A DNA stretch of 64,000 nucleotides from Camelus dromedarius (taxonomy: Eukaryota): the NCBI RefSeq assembly GCF_036321535.1, contig NC_087437.1:92134001-92198000 (forward strand). Reading direction: 5' to 3'. The position numbers were made by a program, and so were the translations under genes. A model generated the notes under the pieces. The model did not search any database and had not been told where the DNA came from. It saw only the letters and a list, made by a program, of their open reading frames with translations. Below are positions 11,950-25,334 of this stretch, in pieces. Position 1 is the first letter of the stretch. Every line of letters begins with the position of its first letter.

Positions 11950-12480
11950 CTGCTGTGGTCGCCACACAAGGCCATGTTTAGCTACATAGCTGTGACTTCT
12001 CTGGGCACAGTAGATTTTAGGTAGAGGTGAACCTCATGGAATCTCCAACTGCTTCTGCATGAGTAGTGCTCTGTGGTCGTGGTTTGTACACCAATGTTCT
12101 ACTTCCACTCATACCATTACCTTGTAAAATCTGAGGTTTTTCTGATTAAGGTTAAGGGAGAGGCACTGACACCCCATCCAGTATAAAAGCAGAAGTGACC
12201 CAAATCTCATAAACTAGGAGAACAGGGTCATTGTGCTCATCCCTTGCCCCCTTGTCTTTCCATTAAACATGGTGTGCTCATCCTTCTGTCATCCAGTGCT
12301 TAGGTGGATTCTATTTTTTCCTTTAATTCTCCAAGGAAAAGGTTGTTGCGATGCAATATCTTATCAGCTGTGTATGGCTGGGCCTTCTAAACTGACAATA
12401 GATACTGTGCTTACTTCCAATAAGCCATTATCATATATCTACTTATTGTCTCGAGCCTGAGTCTACTGCAAAGATTCTTC
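11950..12480 (+). mobile_element. Probable old solo LTR, family unassigned
   Basis: GC-richer block with TATAAAAG at 12182-12189, degenerate polyA signal AATAAG at ~12419 and a U5-like TTGTCTCGAGCCTGAGTCT. Confidence 0.45.
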
Positions 12481-12694
12481 CTCTGTCAATATAACTGAAA
12501 TGTTTTTCACAGAATGTTTTTCTCTGTGCTCTTGTGCCAAGCTGTTAGAGCCATCATCTAATAAAGATGGACCTTCGTTTCACTGAAGGTCATTAAGTAA
12601 ACTCCCTCAAGTCTGCATACTTAATACTAACAGCAAAAAGTGAGGTTAGTAAGCAACCCAGAATTCTTCTCTAGCATTAAATATCATGGATGAA

Positions 12695-15600
12695 AGACTT
12701 CTGTTACCAGAAGTGAAAAACTAGAATACTTGAGCTACCTCTTCTACTGAAAACAATGCAAAATGCTGGATAAAATATTTTCTAAATTCTTTAAGAATAT
12801 TTAAGAAATAAAGGATATAAAGGAACTGTTTGTCAACCATATAAGAGAAGTGTAAGTGTGGAGACTGGTATTTAAAGACCAGAATTATTTATTAAATGAT
12901 TTTGCATTGACAGCATTTGTTGAACAAGCTATCTTGAGCTTAATATGATGCCTATATAAGAAAAGTAGGTGGAATAAAGGCTGTTCAACTTCCCAAAGAG
13001 GTGAGTCTAATAGAAGACTACAGCATATTAAAATGGGATCTTAATGTATAATATTATCATGGTAAGGATAAAAAGAAGCAAACCTGATCTCTGATACCTA
13101 AACAAAAATTTGCCTTGCCCCTGAGACAAGCAGAGGCCATAAAATGAAAGGACAAAGGATTCTGAGATGCTGTGACCAATAATTGACTTTGCCACATATT
13201 AGCAGCTTTGATTCTCTTCACCAAGGGAGTCCAAGTGACGTTATGCTATAAGCCTGGTTGGAGACTCAACTGAATTGGTAGCACCAAGTTGCTTGGTGAC
13301 AGCGAGTAAAAATCTACTCTAGAGAAAAGTACTTCTGACATAGGTTTCAAATTACTGTTGAAAGGTAATAAGTGTACCACAACAAAAAATAACATATCAT
13401 ACGTGGAAACAAAGTGCCAGGAATCAAAATAAACAGAAATAGAGAGAAAGACTTCAGATATTACAACTGTCAGGTACATCTTCTAAACTATTATACTGAA
13501 TATGACAAATTAAACAAGATGAAAACTGAAAAATATCAACAAGTAACTAAAATGATAAAAGGCAATAGTAGAACAAAGAATCCAATAGACTTTGTAGAAA
13601 TGAAAAATGAAAGTTGTAAAATTAAACATTTAAAAGTTAGATTTAACAAGGGGTTAGATGCATTGAAGAAGAAAATTTACTATAGAGTTTACACAGACAA
13701 AAGGTAGCACACAAAAGATGGAGGATATTTTTAATGGATTTTCCAGAAAATGAGAGAGATAATGAGGAAAGAAGCAATAAATAGTTGAAATGATAATGGC
13801 TGAGTTTTTCCATAACTATTAAAAATGCCAATCTGCAGTCTGAGAATTCAAGTCAATCCCAAGAAGACAAGTAAAAAGAAACCCACATGTGTCTGTATTA
13901 TAATAAAAATGATAAAAGCCAAAGCTGAAGGGAATATCTTGGGAGCAGGCGAGAAAAAAATGATAGATTACCTTCTCTTCAAAGGAGACACAAGCAGACT
14001 GACAACTCATCCTCAAGATCAACAAAAAAAAGAAGTGAATTAAAAAAAAAGAAAATGAGTACTCAAAAATGAACTAACTGCCTACTTAGAATGCTTTACT
14101 CCAGAAAAGTGTCTTTCAATGAATTAAAGCAAAATAGAAAGTTCACTGAGAAAATCTGAGATTTCTCCACAGAGAAAATTTGAGATTTCTCCACAAACAA
14201 ATTTCCATGAGAACAAATTCTGATAGACTGATCTTAGACAAAAGGCAATGATTAAGATAAAAAATTTAAGATGAAAGAGAAAAAAAATTATTAGAATGAA
14301 TGCAAAATAATGAAGTTAGACTTCTACTTTATACCATATACAAAAAGTAACTCAAAATGAATGAGAGACCTAAATGTGAGAGCAAAGGAAATACAATGTG
14401 GAGCAAAAATAGTCTCTTCAACAAATGGACATACAGATGCAAAAAAATAAATTAAAAATAAAATCTAGATATAGACATTATATCCTTCACAAAAAGTAAC
14501 TCAAAATGGATCATAGACCTAAATGTAAAATGCCAAACTGTAAAACTTCCAGAAGATAATATTGGATAAAATCTATATGACCTTGGGTATGAGAATGACT
14601 TTTTAAATACAATGTACCATGAAAGAAATAACTGATAACCTGGACTTCATTAAAATTAACAATGTCTGTGATACATCAAGACAATGAAATATTATTCAGC
14701 ATTGAAAAATGAGCTATTACAATGTCAAAATACATAGGGTAAACTTAAATGCATATTACTAAGTCAAAGAAGTCAATCTGAAAAGTCTACATACCTTATG
14801 ATTCCAACTATATGATATACTGGAAAAGGCAAAACTATAGAAGCAATAAAAGAATCAATGGTTGCCAAGAGTTGGTGTTGTGGGGAGAAAAAGATTAATT
14901 GTCATTCAGAGCACAGAGGATTTTTAAGACAAGGAATCTATTCTGTTTCAAACTATAGTGGGTAATACATGTCATTACACATTTGTCCAAACCCATAGAA
15001 TATACAAAACTAAGAGTGAACCTGGGAATAAACTATAGACTTTGAGTGATAAAGATGTATCACTGTAGGTTGATCAGTTGTAAGAAATGTCCCACTATGG
15101 TGTGGGATATCAAGACTGAGGGAGATTGTGCATATGTTGAGCTAGTATATGGAAGGGGATATGAAAATTCTCTGTACTTTTTGCTCAAATTTGCTGTGAA
15201 TATAAAACTACCATAAAAATAAAATTTATTAATTTTTTTTAAAAAATGAGCTCCTTGTATATAAAACAACACGTATGAATCTTAAAATAACTGCTGAGTG
15301 GAAGAACTCAGACAAAAAAGAATGCACACATGTGATTTCACTTCTGTACAGCTCTAGAAAAACAATTTAGTCCATTGCTTAGATGGATGAGGGAGGCAGG
15401 AAGAAGTGCATTCCTACATGCACTTTATAGACATTTTGCCAATTTTTCCAATATGCCTGCTGGAATTTTAATTAGAATTGAATTTTCCCTAGAGTCCTAT
15501 TTTTTAAAATATTTAACATTTTAATAATATCGACTTTAAGTTTATTAAAATTTGAAAAAGAATTACTGTAATTCTTTAAATTAGCAGATTAAAATAATGA

Positions 15601-16835
15601 AATTATTATATTGGTAGCATCAGATAAGAGATAAATTCAATATATTTAAGATAAAAATCCACAAAGAATTTAGAAGAGAAAATTATCTGCTTAAGGATAT
15701 CTACGGAAAACATAGCGAATGTCATACTTGTGATGGATCAGTGAAAGAGTCAGGATTGTAACAAGATCTACTTCCACTACTTCTATTTGAAACTTCACTG
15801 GAGACCCTAGGCAGTAAAGTAAAGCAAGAAAATAAAATAGGAAGCGTAAGAAACAGCAGGAAATAAATAAAACTGTCATTACTTGCAGATGATATAATTG
15901 TGTACAGAGAAAAATCCAAAGATCTGTGGATAAATTATTGGAATAAAAAGAAAGTTTATCAAGGATGCTGGATACAAAATCAATATAGAGATCTATTTAT
16001 TTTCTACCTACAAGCAATAAGCAGTTAAATGGAATTTTGAAAGATACTATTTAGAATATTACAGAAAATACAAAATATCTGGAAAGAAATCTCACAATGT
16101 ATGTGAGAGTCCTGTTTGGGAAAAATCATAAAACTTTATTGAGAAACATTTTAAAAGATCTAATTAAATAAACAAACACAACATGTTTATGGACTGTAAA
16201 GTATAATATCATGAAGATAAAATTCTTTCCAAATTGACTTTAGGTTCAATGCAATACCAGGCAAAATCTAAAGAGTTTTTTTTTTTTTTTTAGAATATCC
16301 AATATTCTATCTTGAAAAACAACATAGGGCACTCACTTTCTTTACTAGCTAAAAGATTTAACATTAAGCTAAAATAATTAAAATACCATGGTGTTGGTTT
16401 AGGGAAAAATAAACAGAAAAGAATAGATTTAAAAGCTTAGATATAGACATACAGGAATATGAAAACAACATATGACAGAGATGACACCACAAACCAATGA
16501 AGAAATGACAAATTCTCAACGAATGAAAGGATGGAATTGGTTCTACTTACGTGATAATATGTAATTTGAATACCACCTTACATCACAAACAGCAGCAACA
16601 AAAACAATTATATAAAGACAATTATCGCTTGCAGCATTCCTCGAGTTAAGAGTTGGTCCATGTTCTGTTCTGTTTTGTTTTCTATTTCAAGACCATGAAC
16701 AAACATTGGATTTTTAATCCATTATGGTGGTTTCACAGGTGTATACATCTATCAAAATCCATCAAATTGTACATCTAAAGTATGAGTAGTTTACTGTACA
16801 GAAATTATACCACAATAAATTTATTTAAAAAAAAC
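12695..16835 (+). mobile_element. Composite, degenerate old L1 (L1ME-like 5' end, ORF1 remnant, ORF2 pieces, 3' end)
   Basis: 5'-end motif GACTTCTG...AAATGCTGGATAAAATA. A-rich ORF1-like peptides (13414-14043). RT-region sequence TTGCAGATGATATAATTGTGTAC (ADDIIVY, cf. L1 FADDMIVY) at ~15882. 3' end at 16730-16830. Confidence 0.75.
14385..15245 (+). mobile_element. L1MC-like ORF2 end and 3' UTR nested in the older L1
   Basis: AAACTTAAATGCATATTACTAAGT, CATTACACATTTGTCCAAACCCATAGAAT and GCTCAAATTTGCTGTGAA. Confidence 0.8.
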
Positions 16836-17042
16836 TAATAGGATTTGAAATGTAAATAGAAAAAAACCATAAAAGCAAAACCAAAAATAAACAAAAAACA
16901 AAGTAGTTAACTCTACACAGTCCTTGGAGAGATACTGCATAATTCAATACCTTACCTTCCTCTAGTACCTAATCCCAATCCATCGTATGTGAGAATTTTC
17001 ATTTTTTTTATTCTACTACTATTGGATGCTAGGAATTATCAC

Positions 17043-17345
17043 TGTCTTAGTCCATTTAGGCTGCTGTAATAAAATACCACAGATTGGGTGGTTTATTTAT
17101 TTCTCACAGTTCTCGAGGCTGGAAGTCTGAGATCAGGATGGAGGTATGGTCAGATGAGGACTCTCTTTCAGGCTGCAGATTTCTTACATCCTAACATGAC
17201 AGAAGGTGAGAGGGATCTCTCTGGGGCCTCTTTTATAAGGGCACTGATCCCACTCGTGAGAGTTCGACCTCATGACCTGACTTCCCATAGACGTCACCTT
17301 GGGCACTAGGTTATCAGCATATGAATTTTAGAGGAAAACACAAAA
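17043..17345 (-). mobile_element. MaLR LTR (MLT1A/B-like)
   Basis: TGTCTTAGTCCATTTAGGCTGCTGTAATAAAATACCACAGA...TCTCACAGTTCTCGAGGCTGGAAGTC...TTTTATAAGGGCACT. Confidence 0.85.
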
Positions 17346-17449
17346 ATGTTCAGTTGCTGCTTCCCAGTGAGCTATCTAGTTCTAGAATCCCATCCTGAGG
17401 GTGTCTTTTCTATAGGTTTTGTGGTTGCTCTCAAAATAAACACACTCTG

Positions 17450-18000
17450 TGTGCTGTTACCTTATTTTGAGAACTGATCGCTAGATAAGGGAATGAGAAA
17501 CTGGCCAGCATAAAGCAAGAAAGAAGGGAAGCCCATCGAAAGCTGGGCTATCAAGTCAGTCATGGCTATGGGCACATGGGGCTCTACCCCCGCTGGGGCT
17601 ACTCTGAGGAGCCATTTAGAATGCCTTAGAATTGCCCTCTTAAGCAGGATTGAGAGATAAAATATGGAACACACGGTTACATTTGAATTTCAGACAAACA
17701 ACAATAAATTTTAACATAAATCCCAAATATTGCATGGGATTTTTTATCGTAAAATTTCCTATTTATATAAAATTCAAATTTAATTGGTGTCTGGTATTTT
17801 TATTTGCTACATCTGGCAACCTTGCTTGCAAGAAACACAAAATAGTATTTATACATCAGCTTTTTCTCTCAATTGGTCAGTGGTTACCCCTTAATGTGCA
17901 AATTCCCTGGAATTTCCAGGCTTACAAATGAGTTGGAATGCTTGCTTAGGTCCTCACAGACAAGTCCCAGAGCAGAAAGCAAGCACCATCTAACACAGCT
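17450..18000 (-). mobile_element. ERVL LTR33-like LTR interrupted by MER53
   Basis: GAAGGGAAGCCCATCGAAAG...GGGCACATGGGGCTCTACCCCCGCTGGGG...TAGAATGCCTTAGAATTG. It resumes after 17823 with TAGTATTTATACATCAGC. Confidence 0.6.
17645..17823. mobile_element. MER53 palindromic hAT-type MITE
   Basis: TTTGAATTTCAGACAAAC...TCCCAAATATTGCATGGGA...AAATTCAAATTTAA...ATCTGGCAACC, with internal dyad symmetry. Confidence 0.85.
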
Positions 18001-19068
18001 GAGGCCAAGTGCAATCAAATTCCACCTAAATACAATGGACACCACTCCCCTGGTAGTAAGAATGGGAACCAAACCCATGTGAGCTTAAGCACGAGGCTTT
18101 ACCATTCCCAGGTATTTAAAATTCAAACCATTCATTGCAAACAGCATAGTTATGTGAGTCAGACTTCTAGCAAGAGGCTTTTTCTTCTCCTGGCTCAGTC
18201 AGGTGGCATACTGCTGTGATATATTCCCAGATACAGGCAGAGTTTTCTAGGTCCACTGATGGACTCTACAACCATTCACAGTCCCCAGCTTTATAAAGGG
18301 ACCTTTGTTCTAACTCCCTAAGCATCTGGGACTGCTTTCTGAACTCCCAACGACCTGTAACACTGAGGTCATAGTTAGATGATCAGTTCTGTGTGCCTGT
18401 GTGGATTTCAGTTCTCCCCGACTGTTATGACCTGGAGTGAACTTTTTGTCTCGTTCTTTCAACTGGGATTTTTATTTCTTGCTATGGAGATTGACTAAAT
18501 ATTGGTGTGTATATAGTGTTTTCCTGATAGTGAATTTTTTTTTCCCTACCAATTCTGTGTGGTTGAAATGGGAAGGTGGCCTTTCCATTTTAGCTCATAT
18601 TTCACACAAACAAAACCACTCATCTTTATTCCTAGTCTATCTTTTTGTGATCCAAGGCTCGAACAGAAAGTCCTTGAGTTGCCAGGTGGGGCTTTGTTGG
18701 AGTAGTTTTGGCAACAGGCATGAATTGAGACAGCCGTGTCTGATGACCCAGCTGCCTCGATCCTGCAGCTCACGCCCACTTCCTGATAGCTCTAGCCTCT
18801 AGCCCACTCTGTTTTCTCTCAACCTTACAGAGGGATCTCTAATGACAGAGTAGATCCCTGTTGCCTCTTCTGGCTATAGATAGGTGCAATTTGCCAAGGA
18901 CAGTCACTCCACCTATAAGTGTCAGAACAAGGAAAAGAAGTGCCTTTATGTGAGAAAGTTCAGAAAACAATGAAATACACCTTTCACTTCACAGAGAAAG
19001 CCTCATATGGGGCCCCTGAAATTTCTTTTCCCTGGGCCTCCTTCCCTGCTGCCTTTACTCTCACCTTT

Positions 19069-19365
19069 TTTTTTTTTTTTAAGGATTTGATTATTTTCTT
19101 TCATTGAAGTGTAATTAAAATGTAACATTATTAGTTTTCATTGTATAGCATGATGATTTGATAATCTGTATATATCACAAAATAATCACCTGAGTCTAAT
19201 ATCCATCACCACATGTAGTTACAAAAAATTTGTTTTCTTGTGATAAGGACTTTTAAGATCTATTCTCATAACTTTCAAATATGCAGTACAGTATTATTAA
19301 CTATAGTCACCATGTTGTATATTACATCCACATGACTTTTTAATTTTATAACAGGAAGTCTGTAC
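19069..19365 (-). mobile_element. 5'-truncated L1 (L1MA9-like) 3' end with poly(A)
   Basis: Poly-T, then TGATAAGGACTTTTAAGATCTATTCTC and TAACTATAGTCACCATGTTGTATATT. TSD CTCTCACCTTT at 19058-19068 and 19366-19376. Confidence 0.9.
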
Positions 19366-20724
19366 CTCTCACCTTTCAGAGTGTCATAGTTATTCTTGTT
19401 ATAGCCCATTTGGATAGGTAACTGGATCATTACCTTTTTAGGGTGACTACCCAAAGACGGTGAGATTTATCTTGCCAATACTAGTGATCTTTCATGATAT
19501 AATGTTGGTGACTATCTTGCTAAAATCCACGCTCTGCCAAAGGATATTGGTAAGGCACAAAAGCTCTAACAGGGACAAGTGTGACATACTACTCTGTGTA
19601 AGCACATGCTGATGTATGTGTCTGTATGTAGTTAATGCATGTATAAATGATATAGAGACAGCCTTTTGCAATGTATTATCTTAGCACTTTGAATTTTCCA
19701 TCTGTGTCATTTGTTTCAGTTCAGAAATAATATCTAAAATTCTCCTTAATTGCTTTTTTTATCATAAAATCCTATTTTACCCAAATTATTGCTGAACTTT
19801 AGAAATTCTAGGACTGTATCATCATGCGTAATGTAGTTTTAAGGTGGGAAAAAGTTCGAAGAACCTAATACCTAAAAAGAAAGAAGAGTATTCTCTCCTC
19901 TAGCACTTGTCCTAGGACTTGTACCAGGAACCTGACTGATGCTAGTGGCTGGACTGATACTTGAAATTAGAGTTGCAGAGAGTAGAGGTGATTTTTATAA
20001 TCCTTATTGTGTCATAATTGTTAATCACTCAGGTTTTTCAGAATCAAGGAATGGCAGCCCTCATGGGACATTACAGCTGAGATATAGCAAGAGCTTCTAT
20101 TTTTGCACGTGCATCGTGCATGAAGTTGGGAATCTGTTTATGTTGTTTCCCTTTAGTCTCAAACACACATGCACACCCTCTAGAGGAGGGAAATTAGATG
20201 GCTTTCTCCATATTTCAAGCTATAGAAAATAACGCCTGAAACATAGGAGTGGAGGTAGGATTGGGTCTCAAAGTGTGGGGTTTAGAGTTGGAATTGAAAA
20301 GATTGTTAACAGATTGGATATCATTTTAAGGGCAGAAGAAGAGTTGATGATAAATTCTGTATTTTGAGTTTGGGAAAGATGCAATCTAGTGATGCTTTTG
20401 TCCATGTGTATCAAAGGAAAGATGCTGGGGGAATTTTAACAAGCTTAGTTTTGAATAAGCTATATAAAAAGTGACTCAGAAATAAAAACAAGTACTATAA
20501 AAGCCAGCACAAAAACGTGGGCAGTTAGAAGAAACACTGCTCCCATTTGGTCACTGATCTGAGACTATATATTTATACTTAAAATATATATATGTGTAAA
20601 ACACAATTATGTTGTTTCTAGTACAAGTAAATTTTTAGGAGGTGGATGTACTGCTAAATATACAAAATCAAAATTAGTAATAACTAATTCATTAATAGTT
20701 ATAAATAGCAGGTTTAGCCAATAC

Positions 20725-20890
20725 TAGAGATTTATTGAGTGTTTAATATAAAACTACACTGATCGAAGTGCTTACATATATTAATTAATTTAATTCCTAC
20801 ACATCTATGAAATAGTTAACCATATCTCCATTTCACAAGTAGGGAAACTGAGGTAAAGAGATGCTAAATAGTTTGGTTTAATTTTTATAG
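20725..20890 (-). mobile_element. MIR SINE
   Basis: TTTATTGAGTGTT, TTTAATTCCTAC and CCATTTCACAAGTAGGGAAACTGAGGT. Confidence 0.75.
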
Positions 20891-21414
20891 ATAAGACATA
20901 ATGTTTAATGCCTTGCTTTAAACACAGAACAAATCCAAAAATACCTAAAATAAAAATTACAGATTTTTTGTTCTAATACCTGTAGTAGCTTTTGAAAGAA
21001 TTGCAATTCTATAAAAGATAAACATTAATATGCATAATAATAAACTCGTAAATGATTTTTGTGTTAGAATATTCTTAATAAGTGAAAAATAAAATCATAA
21101 CTATTAGAGACTAAACAAACTAAAATGATACTGCCATAAAGGAGAACCACTAATTCAGGAAGATCTAGCAACCGAGGGCCACGGCATGGGGACCAACAGC
21201 TCTATCAACATTTACAGTCACTGCCAAGCCATTATCTTTGCAGAATACAAAAGCAAAGTTGCTAAAGTTTGTCCAGAGTTAAGGAAATCATCTAAATTAT
21301 ATTCATAATATTCTATTTAAGAAAATAGAGGCACGGTTTATATATTCACTACCTATTTAATGAAAACCCCTGCCACTCACTTTCAATGTGGGGGTAAAAA
21401 AATCCTAAGTATTT

Positions 21415-21843
21415 GGGCATTTCCTAGGGTTGCTGTAAGCATCACAATTTTGGTGGCTTAAAATAACAGAAATGTACTGTTTCATGGTTCTGCAAGGCAG
21501 AAGTTCAAAAATCAGGTTGTCAGCAGAGCTGCACTCACTTCAAAGGCTCTAGGGGAGAATCTTGCCTCTTCCAGGTTCTGGCTGACTCAACACATTTCTT
21601 GCACCTGCATCACTCTGATCTCTGCCTCTGTCTCCACACAGCGTCCTCCTGGGTCTGTGTCTTCCTTCCTGTCTCTCATAAAAACGCCTGTCATTGGATT
21701 CGGGGCCCAATAGGATAATGCAGGATGATCTCATCTTGAGATCTCTAACTTCATTCATCTGCAAAGACCCTTCTTCCAAAGAAGGTCACATGCACAGTTT
21801 CCATGACAAATCTTTTTTGGGGGCCACTACCCAAGCTACTACA
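21415..21843 (-). mobile_element. MaLR LTR (MLT1C-like)
   Basis: GGTGGCTTAAAATAACAGAAAT, GGCTCTAGGGGAGAATC, GGATGATCTCATCTTGAGAT, ATCTGCAAAGACCC, ending CTACTACA. Confidence 0.85.
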
Positions 21844-24059
21844 TAGTTAAAAGTATAGTTTAGACAAAACCTTTTTGGCTGTAAAACACAGAGACCAGTC
21901 ACACTAAACCAGGTAGGAGGATATTATTATAATGATACATGTGAAGCTATGAGAGTACTTCCATGAAGATTTATGAAAACAGAAAACATAATAAGTCAGA
22001 CCAAAGAGGGTCCAGAGCAGGAGGGTAGTTCTAGATTCACACAGGTTCAAGGCACCTGAGAGAGAGTTCACCACTCTTTGCTCTAGTCCTTTGCAGATAA
22101 TACGTTTCTTCTGACAATGCGTATGTCTGCTTTACTCATCCCACTGTGATTGGCTTCTGCTCACTCACAAGCTCTGTTTTCCCATTAGTTTGTTTTCTAC
22201 ATGACATCACAGTCTACCCAATCATGTGTCTCTCTACATACTGTTTTCTCCTCTTACTTCTAATCAGACAATTCTTTCTTAGATTATGAATTTAAATTTC
22301 TGAATTAGAGAATTTGATTGCCTCAGCTTACCTTTACTTGTCAAGTGACCCAGAGATGACTAGAGGATAGGTCACCCTCTGGTCCAGTTAGTTGTGGCTG
22401 GGAGTGAAGAGGTGGCAGTCGATGCCTTCAGGGTACACAGCCTTTCTATTGCAGAAGGAAGACTCATGGATCAGGAATTGGAATACAGCCAGGGCAGGTA
22501 GAGTGCTTTGACATCTATAATAGAAAAGATAGCAATCAGTTCTTTGAACATTATATGGAACTTAAAGTTTCTTTATGACATTACATAGATATTAATTCAT
22601 TTTGGCATTTTGGAAAAGATATTTTCCACCATAACAATAATAACTTTAACCTTTTAAAGATTTGACATAGGAAAGAAAAAATGAAATTTCTAATACACGA
22701 CTCTAAATTTCAAATCTTTAAAAACAAGTTAAAATGCGTATATTATAGACCATTAGGAAACTATCCAACACATATTTTTAAGAGTTTGAACTTATTTTAT
22801 AGGAATAATAATAACAGCCAAACAAATTTGGTCTTAAGATTATGTCTAAAATTGAAAGTAATATTAAAACATATGCTAGTGCTTACATTTAGCTTTTAAG
22901 TTATAAAAAAGAAGTATTTTAACCATTTTGATTAATGTTATTGCTAAAACTTCATTTCCAATGCAATATTGATAGTTGCTTTGACCATTTAATAAAAATT
23001 AACAAAAAGTTTCATACAGAGCATGTTGATAGAGATTTAAGAAAAGACAGTATAAGATATTTAATCCCCAAAATGTATAAATTCTTTTGGAGAAAAGCAT
23101 AGAATATTCCATATGATTTCCTTGCTATGGAATTTAGGCTTACACTATTTTTTCCCCATATGGTTGTATTTTTACATACTTGATATAAGTGTAAAACTTT
23201 ATAATTATATAAAGCTATATAATTATAATTTTAAATTTTAAAATTTATATTTTATCTTATATTAATGTACTCCAAATCATGTAGCTGACACATAGCAAAT
23301 GCTCAATAAATTTCTTATGAATCACTGTTATTCTTTACCATTTTATGAAGATCTGTGTCTTATTTCTATTTCCTAATTTTCTTAACCATTATTGTTCTTC
23401 TCAACTAGCTCTCTTTATACATCAGATATTTCCAAAAATTAGAATAAAAATTATACAACTAAATATAGGCCAGTTGGAATATTCTGACACTGCTTTTGCT
23501 ATATGAATTTTCCCTATATACCATGGATTCTCTTACTATTGCATTTTTCCCTTCTCTATTATAATTGAGAGTATTACACAAATAATTCAATGTGTTTAGT
23601 TTTTACCATTAGTTCTTTTATACCTCTTATGTTTTCCAACCCTGTTAAACAAATGATTTTATTTGAGGTCTACAAGTCCTAAAATCTCTGAGAATGTGGA
23701 TAATAAAATCAACTTTTACTGGATCATATCAAATCATTGCCAAACCATCTTAAAAAAATGGAATTCTTTCACATAATAGCTAACTCTGTGGTGCTAACAT
23801 GAAAAATACTGATTTAAAAAAATAGATATTCCATCAAAGAGAAAGGAGAATAAGAGAGAAAAATCTGGAAGGGGACTTCTAGAACTCATTGGTTAAAAAG
23901 CACATTGACTCCTCCAGTGGAACAATCAGGCTCCTAAAGACATAATACGGTCGAAGGATGCTTTGTTTGACTTCCTGTCCCGTGGTGTTTACAAATTTCC
24001 ACCTCCCTTCTCCCTGTCCAGTTCTTTCAAAGTAACTTTCCATTCAATAATTCTTTCTC

Positions 24060-24700
24060 TCAAATAAGTTAGTTTAATTCAAATAAAAAAGCTTGTCCTA
24101 AGAGCTTACTTTGAGCCTAGTACTGTTCAAGGCAGCACTGTTAACATCCTTGCCTTCGTGCAATTTATATTCTAGCATGAGACTATAGGTAATAAATAGT
24201 TAATTAAACATTTTAGTTAAGTATAAGCTATTTAGAAAATTAGTGTTATGGAAAAATTAGATCAGAATGAAGGAAAATCTGGGGTATGGGGTAAGGAAGT
24301 GCATGTTAAAATCAGCCCAGCAGGGTAGTCTCATTCAGGGTTCATTTTAAGTCCTAGAGGAGGAGATAAAAAAAGCATATACTGAATCATATCAAATAAT
24401 TGTGTGGATATCGAAAGGAAGAGCTTTTGGGCAAAACAAGGTTGGGGATCAAGAGAATGTTTATCAGGAGAGTGTCTGGTGTGTTCTATGAACAGCAGGG
24501 AAGCCAAGGCAGCAGGAGAGGAAGTGGTGAGGGTGAATAGGGAGTCTTACTTAGCAGATGAGGTCAGGATGATGAAGGAGAGGCAGGTCATACAGAGCCT
24601 CAGATGCCATCAGGAGACTGGGTTTTACTCTGAAAGGAACAGGAGGCTACAGAGGGCTTAAAGCAGAAAAGTGATGTATTCTACATGAGGTTTTAATTAT
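24060..24700 (-). mobile_element. L2 LINE remnant
   Basis: ATGAACAGCAGGGAAGCCAAGGCAGCAGGAG, AGATGAGGTCAG and TTTTACTCTGAAAGG...AAGCAGAAAAGTGATG. Confidence 0.7.
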
Positions 24701-24869
24701 TGAGAATGAGGGTGGCCAATTGCATAGCGTTCTGGATTCTCATACTAGTCTTGTTGGCTTAATTAAATTTAAGTCAGTATTTCTAGGTCATCAAAATCTC
24801 TAAGGTCACTGACAAGACCAAGTTTTTGTAAGTGAAATTTTGAGAGTCAGACTGGACTCTAGACAGCGC

Positions 24870-25045
24870 TGATCTGCATTGCTCCTTAAAGTGTGGTAAG
24901 TGGGATTTCAGCCTGGGCGATGTGTTGGAGTTTATTAGAAATGTAGAATTTCAGCAGCTACCCTAGGCGTTCTGAATCAAATCCTGTTTTTTATCAAGAT
25001 CCCCAGGGGATTCATTTGCACACTGCATTTCAGGAGTCCTACTCT
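24870..25045. mobile_element. MER5A-like hAT-Charlie MITE
   Basis: CTTAAAGTGTGG, TTAGAAATGTAGAATTTCAG, TCTGAATCAAATC and CAAGATCCCCAGGGGATTC. Confidence 0.7.
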
Positions 25046-25334
25046 GAGGTAGTGCTACTCTGTGGAATCTTTTGGCACGCACCCAGCTCTTTGTGGACAG
25101 TCAACTTAGCTTTATCACCAAACTCTCAAAGCATGGAACTGGTTCATTCAGGTATCTCAGCACCAGACCATGCTCTGATCCTCCCATAATGTATTATTAA
25201 AATTTTTCTAATCATGCTTGAGCCAGGTGGCAGTGTCAGAATAAAACTGAATGTTCTGTCACTCCACAAACAGCCAGCCAGGAAACAAGATGCCTGCCTC
25301 TCACCTAGGTCACCGTATTTAGCCAATTAAAATT

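Noticed and set aside
18240..18830. GC-richer block, possibly an old LTR or regulatory element
   Set aside because: I could not identify termini, a TSD or a family, so the evidence is too weak to call.
20104..20113. Palindrome TGCACGTGCA with E-box
   Set aside because: A single 10-bp palindrome is expected by chance in 64 kb.
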